Part shown: positions 54,080 to 63,675 of the stretch, piece by piece
Position numbering within the stretch: position 1 is the first letter of the stretch
Layout: the number at the start of each line of letters is the position of its first letter
Source of the DNA: an uncultured bacterium
Lineage (GTDB): Bacteria > Actinomycetota > Actinomycetes > S36-B12
Assembly: GCA_963700255.1 (NCBI GenBank)
Contig: CAVOWW010000029.1
Location: 47,721 to 111,720 of the forward strand
Direction of reading: 5' to 3'
DNA length: 64,000 bases
The notes under the pieces: generated by a model
Databases searched by the model: none
What the model saw: the letters and a program-made list of their open reading frames with translations, nothing else
Told to the model about the DNA's origin: nothing
Made by a program: the position numbers and the translations under genes

Positions 54080-55704
54080 CGGAGCCCCTTGTAGAGGGTG
54101 ATCGACGCGTCCGTCGCCGGGTCGAACGAGGCCGCGGACTCGCCGACGAGGTCGCCCAGGATGCCCATGGCGACCTTCTTGCCCAGCTCGACGCCCCATT
54201 GGTCGAAGGAGTCGATGCCCCACACGACGCCCTGCACGAACACGCTGTGCTCGTAGAGCGAGACCAGCGCGCCGAGGGTGAAGGGGTCCAGCCGCTGCAC
54301 CATCAGCACGGAGGTGGGCCGATTGCCCGGCATCACCTTGTGCGGCACGAGCTCGGCAGGGGTGCCGTCTGCCGCGACCTCCTCGGCCGTCCGACCGCGG
54401 GCGAGGACCGCCGCCTGTGCGAGCGCGTTGGCCACCAGCATGTCCTGCATGTCCCCGATCGGTGACTCGGCACGCGCCACCACCACGACATCGCAGGCCA
54501 CCGTGCTCGTGCCCTGGTGGAGCAGCTGGTAGAACGAGTGCTGCCCGTTGGTGCCCGGCTCGCCCCAGTAGATGGCGCCCGTCTGGCAGCCGACGGGTGC
54601 GCCGTCGAGGCGCACGCTCTTCCCGTTGCTCTCCATCGTGAGCTGCTGGAGGTACGCAGGGAAGCGGGACAGGTACTGCGAGTACGGAAGCACCGCAGTG
54701 GTCTCGATCCCGAGGAAGTTCCGGTTCCACACAGCCAGCAGCCCCATCAGCAGCGGGACGTTCTCGTTCGGGGCGGCCGTGGCGAAGTGCTCATCCATGG
54801 CGTTGAAGCCGTCGAGCAGCTGGCGGAAGCCCTCCGGCCCGATCGCGATCATCGTGCTGAGCCCGATCGACGAGTCCATGGAGTAGCGCCCGCCGACCCA
54901 GTCCCAGAATCCGAACATGTTGGCCGGGTCGATGCCGAACTCGGCGACCTTCTCGGCGTTGGTCGACACGGCGACGAAGTGGCGCTCGACCGCGTCGTCG
55001 CCGAGCGCGGCCACGAGCCAGGCGCGCGCGGCGTGGGCGTTGGTCATGGTCTCGAGGGTCGTGAAGGTCTTCGACGCGACGACGACGAGGGTCGACGCGG
55101 GATCGAGGTCGCGGAGCGCCTCCGACATGTCCGTGGGGTCGACGTTGGAGACGAACCGGAAGTCGATGTCGCGCTGGCTGAAGGCCTCGAGGGCGATGTA
55201 CGCCATGGCCGGACCGAGATCCGAGCCGCCGATGCCCACGTTGACGACGGCTGCGATGCGCTGCCCCGTCGCACCGCGCCACTGCCCGCCGCGAACCGCG
55301 TCGGCGAAGGCGCCCATCCGCGCGAGGACCTCGTTCACCTGCCCGACGACGTCCTCGCCGTCGACGACCAGCGTGCCTCCCAGTGGCCGGCGCAGCGCAG
55401 TGTGCAGCACCGCTCGGTCCTCTGTCGTGTTGATGTGCGCGCCCGCGAGCATCTGGTCGCGGCGAGCCTCCACCCCACGCTCGGCGGCCAGTGCCAGGAG
55501 CCCCTCGACGACGTCACTCGTCACCCGCTGCCGCGAGTAGTCGAAATGGATCCCGGCCGCCACCGCCAGGAGATCCGCCGAACGGCCGCCATCGGCGTCG
55601 ACCAGGTCGCGGATCGTCGTGCCGGCGAGCCCCGCCGCCAGGCTGGCGAGGCTCCCCCAGGCGTGGGTGCGGGTCGGGTCGTCCTGCGGCTGCTGGGTCG
55701 TCAT
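54076..55704 (-). CDS. pgi: glucose-6-phosphate isomerase
   Basis: 542 aa. VVNVGIGGSDLGP, and GEPGTNGQHSFYQLLHQG. Confidence 0.95.
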   Translation of the reverse strand: MTTQQPQDDPTRTHAWGSLASLAAGLAGTTIRDLVDADGGRSADLLAVAAGIHFDYSRQRVTSDVVEGLLALAAERGVEARRDQMLAGAHINTTEDRAVLHTALRRPLGGTLVVDGEDVVGQVNEVLARMGAFADAVRGGQWRGATGQRIAAVVNVGIGGSDLGPAMAYIALEAFSQRDIDFRFVSNVDPTDMSEALRDLDPASTLVVVASKTFTTLETMTNAHAARAWLVAALGDDAVERHFVAVSTNAEKVAEFGIDPANMFGFWDWVGGRYSMDSSIGLSTMIAIGPEGFRQLLDGFNAMDEHFATAAPNENVPLLMGLLAVWNRNFLGIETTAVLPYSQYLSRFPAYLQQLTMESNGKSVRLDGAPVGCQTGAIYWGEPGTNGQHSFYQLLHQGTSTVACDVVVVARAESPIGDMQDMLVANALAQAAVLARGRTAEEVAADGTPAELVPHKVMPGNRPTSVLMVQRLDPFTLGALVSLYEHSVFVQGVVWGIDSFDQWGVELGKKVAMGILGDLVGESAASFDPATDASITLYKGLR

Positions 55705-55753
55705 GGGTTCAGCCTTCCACTAGCGTGAGCGGTCCGTCACAGGAGGAGGCCAC

Positions 55754-56797
55754 GTGCCCGACACATCACCCGCAGGAGACCGCGTCACCCTCGGCATGGT
55801 CGGCCTCGGCCGCATGGGCGCGAACCTCGTTCGCCGGGCCATGGCCGACGGTCACCACTGCGTGGTCTACGACCCGCAGGCAACGGCGGTCGAGGCCCTG
55901 GTCGCCGAGGGCGCGACGGGTGCGTCCGATCTCGCCGCCCTCGTGCAGCAGCTGCCGGCACCGCGCGCCGTCTGGGTCATGGTGCCCGCCGGGCACATCA
56001 CCGAGTCGGTGGTGGCCGAGCTCACAGGTCTCCTCGAGGAGGGCGACTGCCTCATCGATGGCGGCAACTCCTACTACCGCGACGACATCCGTCGTGGCGA
56101 GACCGCCGCAGCGAAGGGCATCGACTACCTCGACGTCGGCACCTCCGGCGGTGTCTGGGGCCGTGAGCGCGGCTTCTGCCTGATGATCGGCGGACCGGAC
56201 CGCTCGGCCGACCGGCTCGCACCGCTCTGGGACACGATCGCGCCAGGCTTCGCCTCCGCTGAGCGCACGCCGGGCCGCGAGGGAGAGCCGACACCCGACG
56301 AGCGCGGCTGGCTGCACTGCGGCCAGAGCGGCGCGGGCCACTTCGTCAAGATGGTCCACAACGGCATCGAGTACGGCCTGATGGCCGCCTACGCCGAGGG
56401 ACTGAACGTCCTCAAGCATGCCAATGCCGGCACGGTGAGCCGCGACGCCGACGCTGAGACGGCCCCCATGAGCGACCCGCAGTACTACCAGTACGACCTC
56501 GACATCCCGGCCATCGCCGAGCTCTGGCGACGCGGCAGCGTCGTGGGCTCGTGGCTGCTCGACCTGACGGCCCTGGCGCTCAACCGGTCGCCTGAGCTCG
56601 ACGAGTTCAGCGGTCGTGTCTCGGACTCCGGGGAGGGACGGTGGACGGCGATCTCCGCGATCGAGGAGGGCGTGCCCACGCCCGTGCTGACCGCGGCGCT
56701 GTACGAGCGCTTCGAGTCGCAGGGATCGGGACTGTTCGCCAACCAGCTGCTCAGCGCCATGCGCAAGGAGTTCGGCGGGCACGACGAGAAGAAGTAG
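55754..56797 (+). CDS. gnd: decarboxylating 6-phosphogluconate dehydrogenase (short form)
   Basis: GTG start 5 nt after AGGAGGAGG. Rossmann MVGLGRMGANL, and GAGHFVKMVHNGIEYG. Confidence 0.85.
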   Translation: MPDTSPAGDRVTLGMVGLGRMGANLVRRAMADGHHCVVYDPQATAVEALVAEGATGASDLAALVQQLPAPRAVWVMVPAGHITESVVAELTGLLEEGDCLIDGGNSYYRDDIRRGETAAAKGIDYLDVGTSGGVWGRERGFCLMIGGPDRSADRLAPLWDTIAPGFASAERTPGREGEPTPDERGWLHCGQSGAGHFVKMVHNGIEYGLMAAYAEGLNVLKHANAGTVSRDADAETAPMSDPQYYQYDLDIPAIAELWRRGSVVGSWLLDLTALALNRSPELDEFSGRVSDSGEGRWTAISAIEEGVPTPVLTAALYERFESQGSGLFANQLLSAMRKEFGGHDEKK

Positions 56798-56798
56798 G

Positions 56799-57290
56799 TC
56801 AGAGGAGGCGCAGCACCGCGAGCTCTCGCGCCGCCCACGCCGGGGCCGCCCCGCCCGCGATGAGCCGGTCGGCCTCCTCGATGGCCTCGGCCGGCGTGAC
56901 CCACGCCTGCTGAAGGCCCAGGGACCGCTCGTACTCCTCGAGTCGGGGGCGGCGCACTGCCTCCCCCACCTCGCAGCGGAAGTAGCGGGACTCCATCCGG
57001 AATACGGCGCCCGGGCGATCGACTGCCGGATGCGTCTCCACCACGACGACCTCTACAGCACCGAGGGTGACGAGGGCGCGACCGCACTCCTCGTCCAGCT
57101 CGCGAGCGAGGGCATCCTGCGGGTCCTCTCCTGTCTCGACTCCGCCGCCGGGGAACTTGTAGCCGCCCGTGACGGTCGCTCGCAGCAGCAGGACACGACC
57201 CGCGCGCTCCGCGATCGCCCTGACGGCCAGCCGATGGATGACGTCCTCCCCGACGGTCGCCTCGCCCAGCCGGATCGTGTGGGCCGGCAT
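56799..57290 (-). CDS. NUDIX hydrolase
   Basis: Nudix box GGGVETGEDPQDALARELDEECG. Confidence 0.85.
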   Translation of the reverse strand: MPAHTIRLGEATVGEDVIHRLAVRAIAERAGRVLLLRATVTGGYKFPGGGVETGEDPQDALARELDEECGRALVTLGAVEVVVVETHPAVDRPGAVFRMESRYFRCEVGEAVRRPRLEEYERSLGLQQAWVTPAEAIEEADRLIAGGAAPAWAARELAVLRLL

Positions 57291-57292
57291 CC

Positions 57293-58519
57293 CTACAGCC
57301 GGACGCCCAGCAGCGCATCAGCGATGTCGCGGACGAGTGCGGGGGCCGCTGCATCGTCGCCCTCGCCCGACTGCACGGCCATGGCCCAGTCGTCGATCGC
57401 ATCGAGGGCGTACGGCGTGCGCAGGTCGTCGGCCAGCGCTGACCGCACCTTCGCCAGCACGGAGGCGGCTTCGGGGCCCCGGGCCGCAGCCACCGCAGAC
57501 CTCCACAGCTCCAGCCGCCGCTGAGCCCCCTCGAGCCCCTGCTCGGTCCAGGACCAGTCCGTCCGGTAGTGGTGGGCCAGCAGTGCCAGCCGGATGGCGG
57601 CCGGGTCCGTGCCCGAATGACGAAGGGCGGAGACGAAGACGAGGTTGCCGCGGGACTTGGACATCTTGTGGCCCTGCCAGCCCACCATCGCCGAGTGCAC
57701 GTAGTGACGCGCGAAGGGGTGCTCCTGGCGCAGCACCTGTGCCTCCGAGGCACTCATCTCGTGGTGCGGGAAGGCCAGGTCGGTACCGCCGCCCTGCACG
57801 TCGATCGTCATGCCGAGGTGATCGAGCGCGATCGCGGCGCACTCGATGTGCCACCCCGGACGCCCATGACCGAGGGGGGTGTCCCACGCGGGCTCGTCGG
57901 GTCGCGCCGACTGCCAGACCAGGCAGTCCAGCGGGTCGGCCTTGCCAGGGCGGTCGGGGTCGCCGCCACGCTCGGCGAAGATGGCGAGCATCTGCTCCCG
58001 GTCGAGGTTGGCGACGGACCCGAATGCCGGGTCGCTGGCCACTCGGAAGTAGAGGTCGGAGTCGACGGCGTAGACGGCGCCCTGGGCCTGCAGGTCCTCG
58101 ACGTACCCGGCGACGGACGGGATGGACTCGACCGCCCCGATGTAGTCGCGTGGCGGCAGCACGTTCAGCGCCTCCATGTCCTCGCGGAACAGCGCCGTCT
58201 CGCGCTCGGCGATGGCCCGCCAGTCCTGGCCCGTCTGGACCGCCCTCTCGAGCAGCGGGTCGTCGATGTCGGTGACGTTCTGCACGTAGTGCACGTCATG
58301 GCCCCCATCGCGCCACGCCCGGTTGATGACATCGAAGGTGACGTAGGTGAAGGCGTGGCCCATGTGCGTGGCGTCGTAGGGCGTGATGCCGCAGACGTAC
58401 ATGCGCGCGACCGGGCCCGGCTCGGTCGCCCGCACCGACCGGCTCGCGGTGTCGTACAGGTGCAGGGGCAGTCCTGTGCCGGGCAGGGAGGGGACGGTGG
58501 GCTCGGGCCAGGACTTCAC
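57293..58519 (-). CDS. mshC: cysteine:1D-myo-inosityl 2-amino-2-deoxy-alpha-D-glucopyranoside ligase
   Basis: CysRS-like. [28 protein letters not shown], no anticodon-binding extension. 408 aa. Confidence 0.9.
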   Translation of the reverse strand: MKSWPEPTVPSLPGTGLPLHLYDTASRSVRATEPGPVARMYVCGITPYDATHMGHAFTYVTFDVINRAWRDGGHDVHYVQNVTDIDDPLLERAVQTGQDWRAIAERETALFREDMEALNVLPPRDYIGAVESIPSVAGYVEDLQAQGAVYAVDSDLYFRVASDPAFGSVANLDREQMLAIFAERGGDPDRPGKADPLDCLVWQSARPDEPAWDTPLGHGRPGWHIECAAIALDHLGMTIDVQGGGTDLAFPHHEMSASEAQVLRQEHPFARHYVHSAMVGWQGHKMSKSRGNLVFVSALRHSGTDPAAIRLALLAHHYRTDWSWTEQGLEGAQRRLELWRSAVAAARGPEAASVLAKVRSALADDLRTPYALDAIDDWAMAVQSGEGDDAAAPALVRDIADALLGVRL

Positions 58520-58572
58520 GGCGTCAGCCTAGCCACGCACGCGGCGGCGGCAGACCGGCCACGGAGCAGCTG

Positions 58573-59382
58573 TCAGAACACCGGCCACGGGATCGCCGGC
58601 CAGCGGCCGGACGGCTCCGGGAACTCGGCGGACCGCAGAAGAACGTGGATGCGGTGGCGCAGGGTCTCGCGCTCCTCGTCGGCCAGCCAGCGGTCGACCG
58701 GATCGAATCCGTCGCCGAGCGTGTCGTGGAGGCGCCCGACGTCGGCCATCACGTCGGCGGGGACCTGCTCACCCGCCCACCCCCACAGGACGGTCCGCAG
58801 CTTGTCCTCGACCGAGAAGGCCACTCCGTGGTCGATGCCCCAGACCCGTCCGGACTCGTCGGTGAGGATGTGACCGCCCTTGCGGTCGGCGTTGTTGATG
58901 ATGCCGTCGAAGACGGCCATGCGGACGAGTGCGGGGACACTCGAATGGGCGAGGACGACGGGCCGTCCGTCGCCATCCTCCGCGTCGAGCACCTCCCGCC
59001 AGCCCTCCGGCACGCGGCCGGGTCGCACCACGGCGACCTCGTGCTGCGACGCATGCTCATCGATCCAGAGCTGGCACATCCCGGGACCCCCGGGCCCGTC
59101 CTCCCGCCACACGGTCGGGGGAACCAGCTGCCAGCCGAGTGCCTCGGACACCTCGAAGGCCGCCAGCTCGCGACGGGTCAGGGTCCGGTCCGGGAAGTCC
59201 CACAGCGGACGCTCCCCCGCGACCGGCTTGAACACGCAGCGGGCGGTGCGACCGTCGTCCGCTCGAGCGGTGCAGCGCAGAGTCGTGTTGGACGCGTCTC
59301 TCAGCCGACCCTCGATCTCGAGCTCACCCGAGACGAGGACCGCGCGAAGCGACGGGTCGCCCAGCCACATCGCGGACGTCAT
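58573..59382 (-). CDS. SCO1664-family PI3/4-kinase-fold protein
   Basis: CVFKPVAGERPLWDF..., IINNADRKGGHIL, WGIDHG kinase-like catalytic segments. Rv2133c-like position. Confidence 0.7.
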   Translation of the reverse strand: MTSAMWLGDPSLRAVLVSGELEIEGRLRDASNTTLRCTARADDGRTARCVFKPVAGERPLWDFPDRTLTRRELAAFEVSEALGWQLVPPTVWREDGPGGPGMCQLWIDEHASQHEVAVVRPGRVPEGWREVLDAEDGDGRPVVLAHSSVPALVRMAVFDGIINNADRKGGHILTDESGRVWGIDHGVAFSVEDKLRTVLWGWAGEQVPADVMADVGRLHDTLGDGFDPVDRWLADEERETLRHRIHVLLRSAEFPEPSGRWPAIPWPVF

Positions 59383-59942
59383 GCGCGGCGGCGGTACCCG
59401 TTGGCCCGTGGGCAGATGTGCCCGGCCGGGTCGAGAGGCTGGCTGCAGAAGGGGCAGGGCGGACGCCCGGCGGACACCACGGTGCGGGCGCGCTCGGCGA
59501 AGGCGCGCGCGTAGGGGGCCGTCACCCAGACCCGCAGCGTGTCCGGTCCCTCGGCGTCGTCGTCGCCGATGTCGGGGATCTCCGAGTCCTCCTCCGCGAC
59601 GGCGTGCGCCTCGATGACGACGAGGCTGTTCGCCTCGTCCCAGCCCAGCGCCATGGCGCCGATCCGGAACTCCTCGACGATGGGAGCGTCGAGCGACGCC
59701 GCATCGGCCAGCGCCGGCGAGGCCGCCTCGGGGATGTCACCGGGCTCGGACCGCGTCGCCGCCTCGTCGAGGAGCTGGTCGACGCGCTCGGCCAGCGCCG
59801 CGACCTGGGCCTTCTCCAGCGCCACGCTCGTGATCGCGTTGCCCTTGCGGACCTGCAGGAAGAAGGTCCGCTCACCGGGCATGCCCACGGTGCCCACGAC
59901 GAAGCGGTCGGGCACGCGATAGTCCAGTACCTGACGGCTCAT
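59379..59942 (-). CDS. DUF3090 domain-containing protein
   Basis: FVVGTVGMPGERTFFLQ... and C-terminal zinc-like CPFCSQPLDPAGHICPRANG. ATGA overlaps at both ends. Confidence 0.7.
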   Translation of the reverse strand: MSRQVLDYRVPDRFVVGTVGMPGERTFFLQVRKGNAITSVALEKAQVAALAERVDQLLDEAATRSEPGDIPEAASPALADAASLDAPIVEEFRIGAMALGWDEANSLVVIEAHAVAEEDSEIPDIGDDDAEGPDTLRVWVTAPYARAFAERARTVVSAGRPPCPFCSQPLDPAGHICPRANGYRRRA

Positions 59943-60649
59943 GCGCCCGCACCCCCGCCGACCACGGCGTCGCTCGAGCGTCGGGTCCGCCCCCCGGTGC
60001 GCCGCCCCTTGCGGGGCGGAGGAACGAGGCCGGCGAGGCTTCCTCCGACGTCGTTAGTGCGCGCGACGAAGGGGCGCAGGGGCGTGTAGTCCACGACGCT
60101 GACGGAGCAGGGGTCTACCCGCAGGCGCTGGAACTGGTCGAGATGCATGCCGAGGGCGTCGGCGAGGATCGCCTTGATGACGTCCCCGTGGCTCACGACG
60201 GCGTAGATCGCCTCCGGTCCGAGCCGATCGTTCCACTCCCGCACGGCGGTGACGGCGCGGTGCTGCATGTGCGCCATCGACTCGCCCTCATCTCCGGGGA
60301 AGACGGCAGCGCTCGGGTGCGCCTGGACCACCTTCCACATCGGCTCCTTGGCGAGGGTCTTCAGGCTGCCACCCGTCCAGTCGCCGTAGCGGCACTCCCC
60401 CACTCGCTCGTCGACATGGACGGGCACCGGGGTCGCGCGGCCCTCGAGCATGAGATCGGTGGTCTCGCGGGTGCGCTCAAGGGGCGACGTGACGACCGCG
60501 GTGAGGGGCACGACCGCGAGCCGACCCGCCAGGTCCCTCGCCTGTCCCGCCCCGGTGTCGTCGAGGACGACGCCCGGAGTCCAGCCCGCGAGCACGCCGT
60601 CAGCGTTCGCCTTAGTGCGCCCGTGGCGGATCAGCAGGACTGTGGTCAT
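59939..60649 (-). CDS. histidine phosphatase family protein (MSMEG_4193/Rv2135c-type putative phosphomutase)
   Basis: Start ATG 60649. LLIRHGRT catalytic motif and VVSHGDVIK. Confidence 0.8.
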   Translation of the reverse strand: MTTVLLIRHGRTKANADGVLAGWTPGVVLDDTGAGQARDLAGRLAVVPLTAVVTSPLERTRETTDLMLEGRATPVPVHVDERVGECRYGDWTGGSLKTLAKEPMWKVVQAHPSAAVFPGDEGESMAHMQHRAVTAVREWNDRLGPEAIYAVVSHGDVIKAILADALGMHLDQFQRLRVDPCSVSVVDYTPLRPFVARTNDVGGSLAGLVPPPRKGRRTGGRTRRSSDAVVGGGAGA

Positions 60650-60694
60650 GCGCGCCAGCGTAGATCGTGGCGTCCGGTACAGCACAATGAGCGC

Positions 60695-61717
60695 GTGATA
60701 CGCGGGATGGGCCTGTACACCGAGGCCGAGGTGACGGCCGTTCCGGACGTGCACAACTGGGAGCGACCGGGCGACACGCATCCTGAGCCGAAGCTGCGGG
60801 ACCTGCGCGAGGAGTGCCTCGCCATGGAGGGGGCCTTCGTCTGGCTGGGGCTGTTCGAGCCCACCCGCGCCGAGCTCGACATGGTCGCCGATGTGTTCGG
60901 CCTGCCGAAGCTGCTCGTCGAGGATGCGGCGAACACCTCGCAGCGGCCGAAGTTCGAGCTCGATGAGCATGGTCACGGCCTCGCCCTGCTGAAGACCCTC
61001 GACTACGTCGATGCCACGTCCGACGTGCACACCGGCCAGCTGGCCGTGTTCATCGGGGAATGGTTCGCCATCACCGTCCGGTACGGCCAGATCGGCGACC
61101 TGCGGGGCATCCGCGAACGACTCGGGACGAGCAGAGAGCTTCGCTCGTACGGACCGGTCTCCGTGCTCTACGCCGTGCTGGACCTGGCCGTCGACGGCTA
61201 CCTGTCCGTCTCCGACGAGGTGGTCAGCGACATCGAGAACCTCGAGTCTGAGGTCTTCGCCATCGACAGGGCAGCCACCACGACGAACAGCATCTACCGA
61301 CTGAAGCGAGAGAACGTCGAGATCCGTCGCGCGGTCGCGCCGATGGTCACGTGGGCGCATGACGCGGTCGGCGGTCGGCACGCCTGGGTGCCGCCGGGAC
61401 TGTCCCCCTACTTCCGGGACATCGGCGACCACATCCTGCGGGCCAGCGATGCGGTCGACTCCACGGACAACCTGCTCATGGCGATGCTCATGGCCTCGAC
61501 GTCGCTGCAGGACCTCCAGCAGAACAAGGACATGCGCAAGATCTCCGCCTGGGTCGCGATCGCGGCGGTCCCGACCGCCATCGCCGCCATCTACGGCATG
61601 AACTTCGAGGTCATGCCCGAGCTCGACCAGCCGTGGGGCTACCCCGCCGTCCTCGGCTTCATGGCCCTGGTGTGCGTGCTGCTGTTCCGCGCCTTCAAGA
61701 AGTCCGGCTGGCTTTAG
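60695..61717 (+). CDS. corA: magnesium/cobalt transporter CorA
   Basis: YGMNF motif followed by two TM helices at the C-terminus. Start is GTG 60695 or ATG 60707. Confidence 0.85.
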   Translation: MIRGMGLYTEAEVTAVPDVHNWERPGDTHPEPKLRDLREECLAMEGAFVWLGLFEPTRAELDMVADVFGLPKLLVEDAANTSQRPKFELDEHGHGLALLKTLDYVDATSDVHTGQLAVFIGEWFAITVRYGQIGDLRGIRERLGTSRELRSYGPVSVLYAVLDLAVDGYLSVSDEVVSDIENLESEVFAIDRAATTTNSIYRLKRENVEIRRAVAPMVTWAHDAVGGRHAWVPPGLSPYFRDIGDHILRASDAVDSTDNLLMAMLMASTSLQDLQQNKDMRKISAWVAIAAVPTAIAAIYGMNFEVMPELDQPWGYPAVLGFMALVCVLLFRAFKKSGWL

Positions 61718-61737
61718 GGCCGGTTCGCCCGGATCCC

Positions 61738-62556
61738 TCAGGCGGTCAGCACCCCCGTGCCCAGCAGGACCATGAGCAGGCTGCCGAGCACGAGGCGGTA
61801 GATCACGAACGGCAGGTAGGACTTGGTGCTGAGCCAGCGCATCAGCCATGCGATCACCGCGAAGCCGACGCCGAAGGCGATGAGCGTGGCAAGGATGGTC
61901 GGAGCCCACGAGACGTTCGCGTCCTCGCCGATCTTCGTGGCCTCGTAGAAGCCGGACGCGAGGACGGCGGGCACGGCCAGCAGGAAGGCGTACCGCGCCG
62001 CAGCAGCACGGGTGTAGCCCATGGCGAGGCCTGCGGAGATGGACGCGCCGGAGCGTGAGACGCCGGGGATGAGCGCGAGGGACTGGGCGAGGCCGAACAG
62101 GATGCCGTCGCGGACGGTGAGCTCCCGCTCCGTCTTGACGCGGGCTCCGAGCGCGTCGGCGACGCCGAGGATGAGCCCGAACACGATGAGCATGGTCGCC
62201 GTGAGCCACAGGTTGCGCGCGGCTGTCTCGATCTGGTCCTGGAACAGCAGGCCCAGGACCGCGATGGGGATGGTGCCGATGATGACGAGCCAGCCCATGC
62301 GGGCGTCCGGGTCCTGACGCCAGTCGGCGTCCACGATGCTGCGGCTCCACGCCTTCAGGATCGCCGCGATCTCGCGCCGGAAGTAGATGATCACCGCCGT
62401 CTCGGTGCCGATCTGCGTCACGGCGGTGAAGGCGGCGCCCGGGTCCTCCCAGCCGAACAGCTGGGACAGGATGAGCAGGTGCGCGCTCGACGAGATGGGG
62501 AGGAACTCGGTGAGGCCCTGGACGACGCCCAGGATGACGGCTTCGAACCAGGACAC
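61738..62556 (-). CDS. uppP: undecaprenyl-diphosphate phosphatase
   Basis: GVVQGLTEFLPISSSAHL and PGVSRSGASI motifs. Confidence 0.95.
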   Translation of the reverse strand: MSWFEAVILGVVQGLTEFLPISSSAHLLILSQLFGWEDPGAAFTAVTQIGTETAVIIYFRREIAAILKAWSRSIVDADWRQDPDARMGWLVIIGTIPIAVLGLLFQDQIETAARNLWLTATMLIVFGLILGVADALGARVKTERELTVRDGILFGLAQSLALIPGVSRSGASISAGLAMGYTRAAAARYAFLLAVPAVLASGFYEATKIGEDANVSWAPTILATLIAFGVGFAVIAWLMRWLSTKSYLPFVIYRLVLGSLLMVLLGTGVLTA

Positions 62557-63605
62557 TACGTGGCCAGGCCCGCCTGCTCGAGGACGTCGACCATCGTGCG
62601 AAGCGTCGCGATGCGCTCGTCGAGATCGCCCGCGTAGGTGGCGATCGTCAGCGTGGTGACACCCGCGTCCGCGAAGGCGCTGAGCCGATCACGCACCCGG
62701 TCGGGCGGCCCGATCAACGAGGTCCGATCGATGAACTCGAACGGCACGGCGGCCATGGCCCCGTCGTAGTCGCGGGCCATGTACTTGTCCTGGATCTCGA
62801 TCGCGGCCTGCTCGTACCCCATGCGCGTGGCGAGCTGGTTGTAGAAGTTCTTGTCCCGGCTGCCCATGCCGCCGACGTACAGGGCCGAGTAGAACCGGAT
62901 CGGATCGGCGCAGGCGACCGGGTCGTCACCGAAGACGACCGGGACAGTGGGCACGACGTCGAAGCCCTCCATCGTCTTGCCCGCCTTCGCCCTGCCCGCG
63001 CGGACCGGGGCCATGATCTCCTCGGCGTTCTCCGGCGAGAAGAAGATGGCGAGCCAGCCGTCGGCGATCTCGCCCGTCAGCTCGAGGTTCTTGGGCCCGA
63101 TCGCCGCGAGGTAGATGGGCAGGTTGTCGCGCACGGGGTGCACGGTGAGGGTCAGGGCCTTTCCGGGCCCGTCCGGCAGCGGCAGGGTGAAGAACTCCCC
63201 GTCGAAGGCGACCTTCTCGCGGGCGAGCGCCTTGCGCACGATGGCCACGTACTCGCGCGTGCGACCCAGGGGCTTGTCGAAGCGGACCCCGTGCCAGCCT
63301 TCGGACACCTGCGGCCCCGAGACGCCGAGCCCGAGGCGGAACCGGCCGCCGGAGAGCGTGTCGAGCGTCGCCGCCGTCATGGCCGTGTTGGCCGGAGTGC
63401 GCCCGGGGATCTGGAAGACCGCGGAGCCGACGTCGATCTGGTCGGTCTGGGCGGCGATCCAGGTCAGGACGGTGGCGGCGTCCGATCCGTACGCCTCGGC
63501 CGCCCAGACGACCGCGTAGCCCAGTCGGTCGGCCTCCCTGGCCAGCGCCAGGTTCTCCGCGTCGTTGCCCGCTCCCCAGTAACCGAGGTTCACGCCCAGC
63601 TTCAT
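62556..63605 (-). CDS. LLM-class F420-dependent oxidoreductase
   Basis: Start ATG 63605 (MKLGVNLGYW...). Luciferase-like TIM-barrel sequence with GRFRLGLGVSGPQVSEGWHG. Confidence 0.85.
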   Translation of the reverse strand: MKLGVNLGYWGAGNDAENLALAREADRLGYAVVWAAEAYGSDAATVLTWIAAQTDQIDVGSAVFQIPGRTPANTAMTAATLDTLSGGRFRLGLGVSGPQVSEGWHGVRFDKPLGRTREYVAIVRKALAREKVAFDGEFFTLPLPDGPGKALTLTVHPVRDNLPIYLAAIGPKNLELTGEIADGWLAIFFSPENAEEIMAPVRAGRAKAGKTMEGFDVVPTVPVVFGDDPVACADPIRFYSALYVGGMGSRDKNFYNQLATRMGYEQAAIEIQDKYMARDYDGAMAAVPFEFIDRTSLIGPPDRVRDRLSAFADAGVTTLTIATYAGDLDERIATLRTMVDVLEQAGLAT

Positions 63606-63675
63606 GTCGTTGCCTCCCAGTGGTCTCGAGGCGAGCCTAGGGCGCGACCCACATCGATGGCGGTAGCGTGCCGCC

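Noticed and set aside
60650-60694. Mg-sensing M-box leader upstream of corA
   Set aside because: Only about 45 nt separate the divergent starts, far too short for an M-box.
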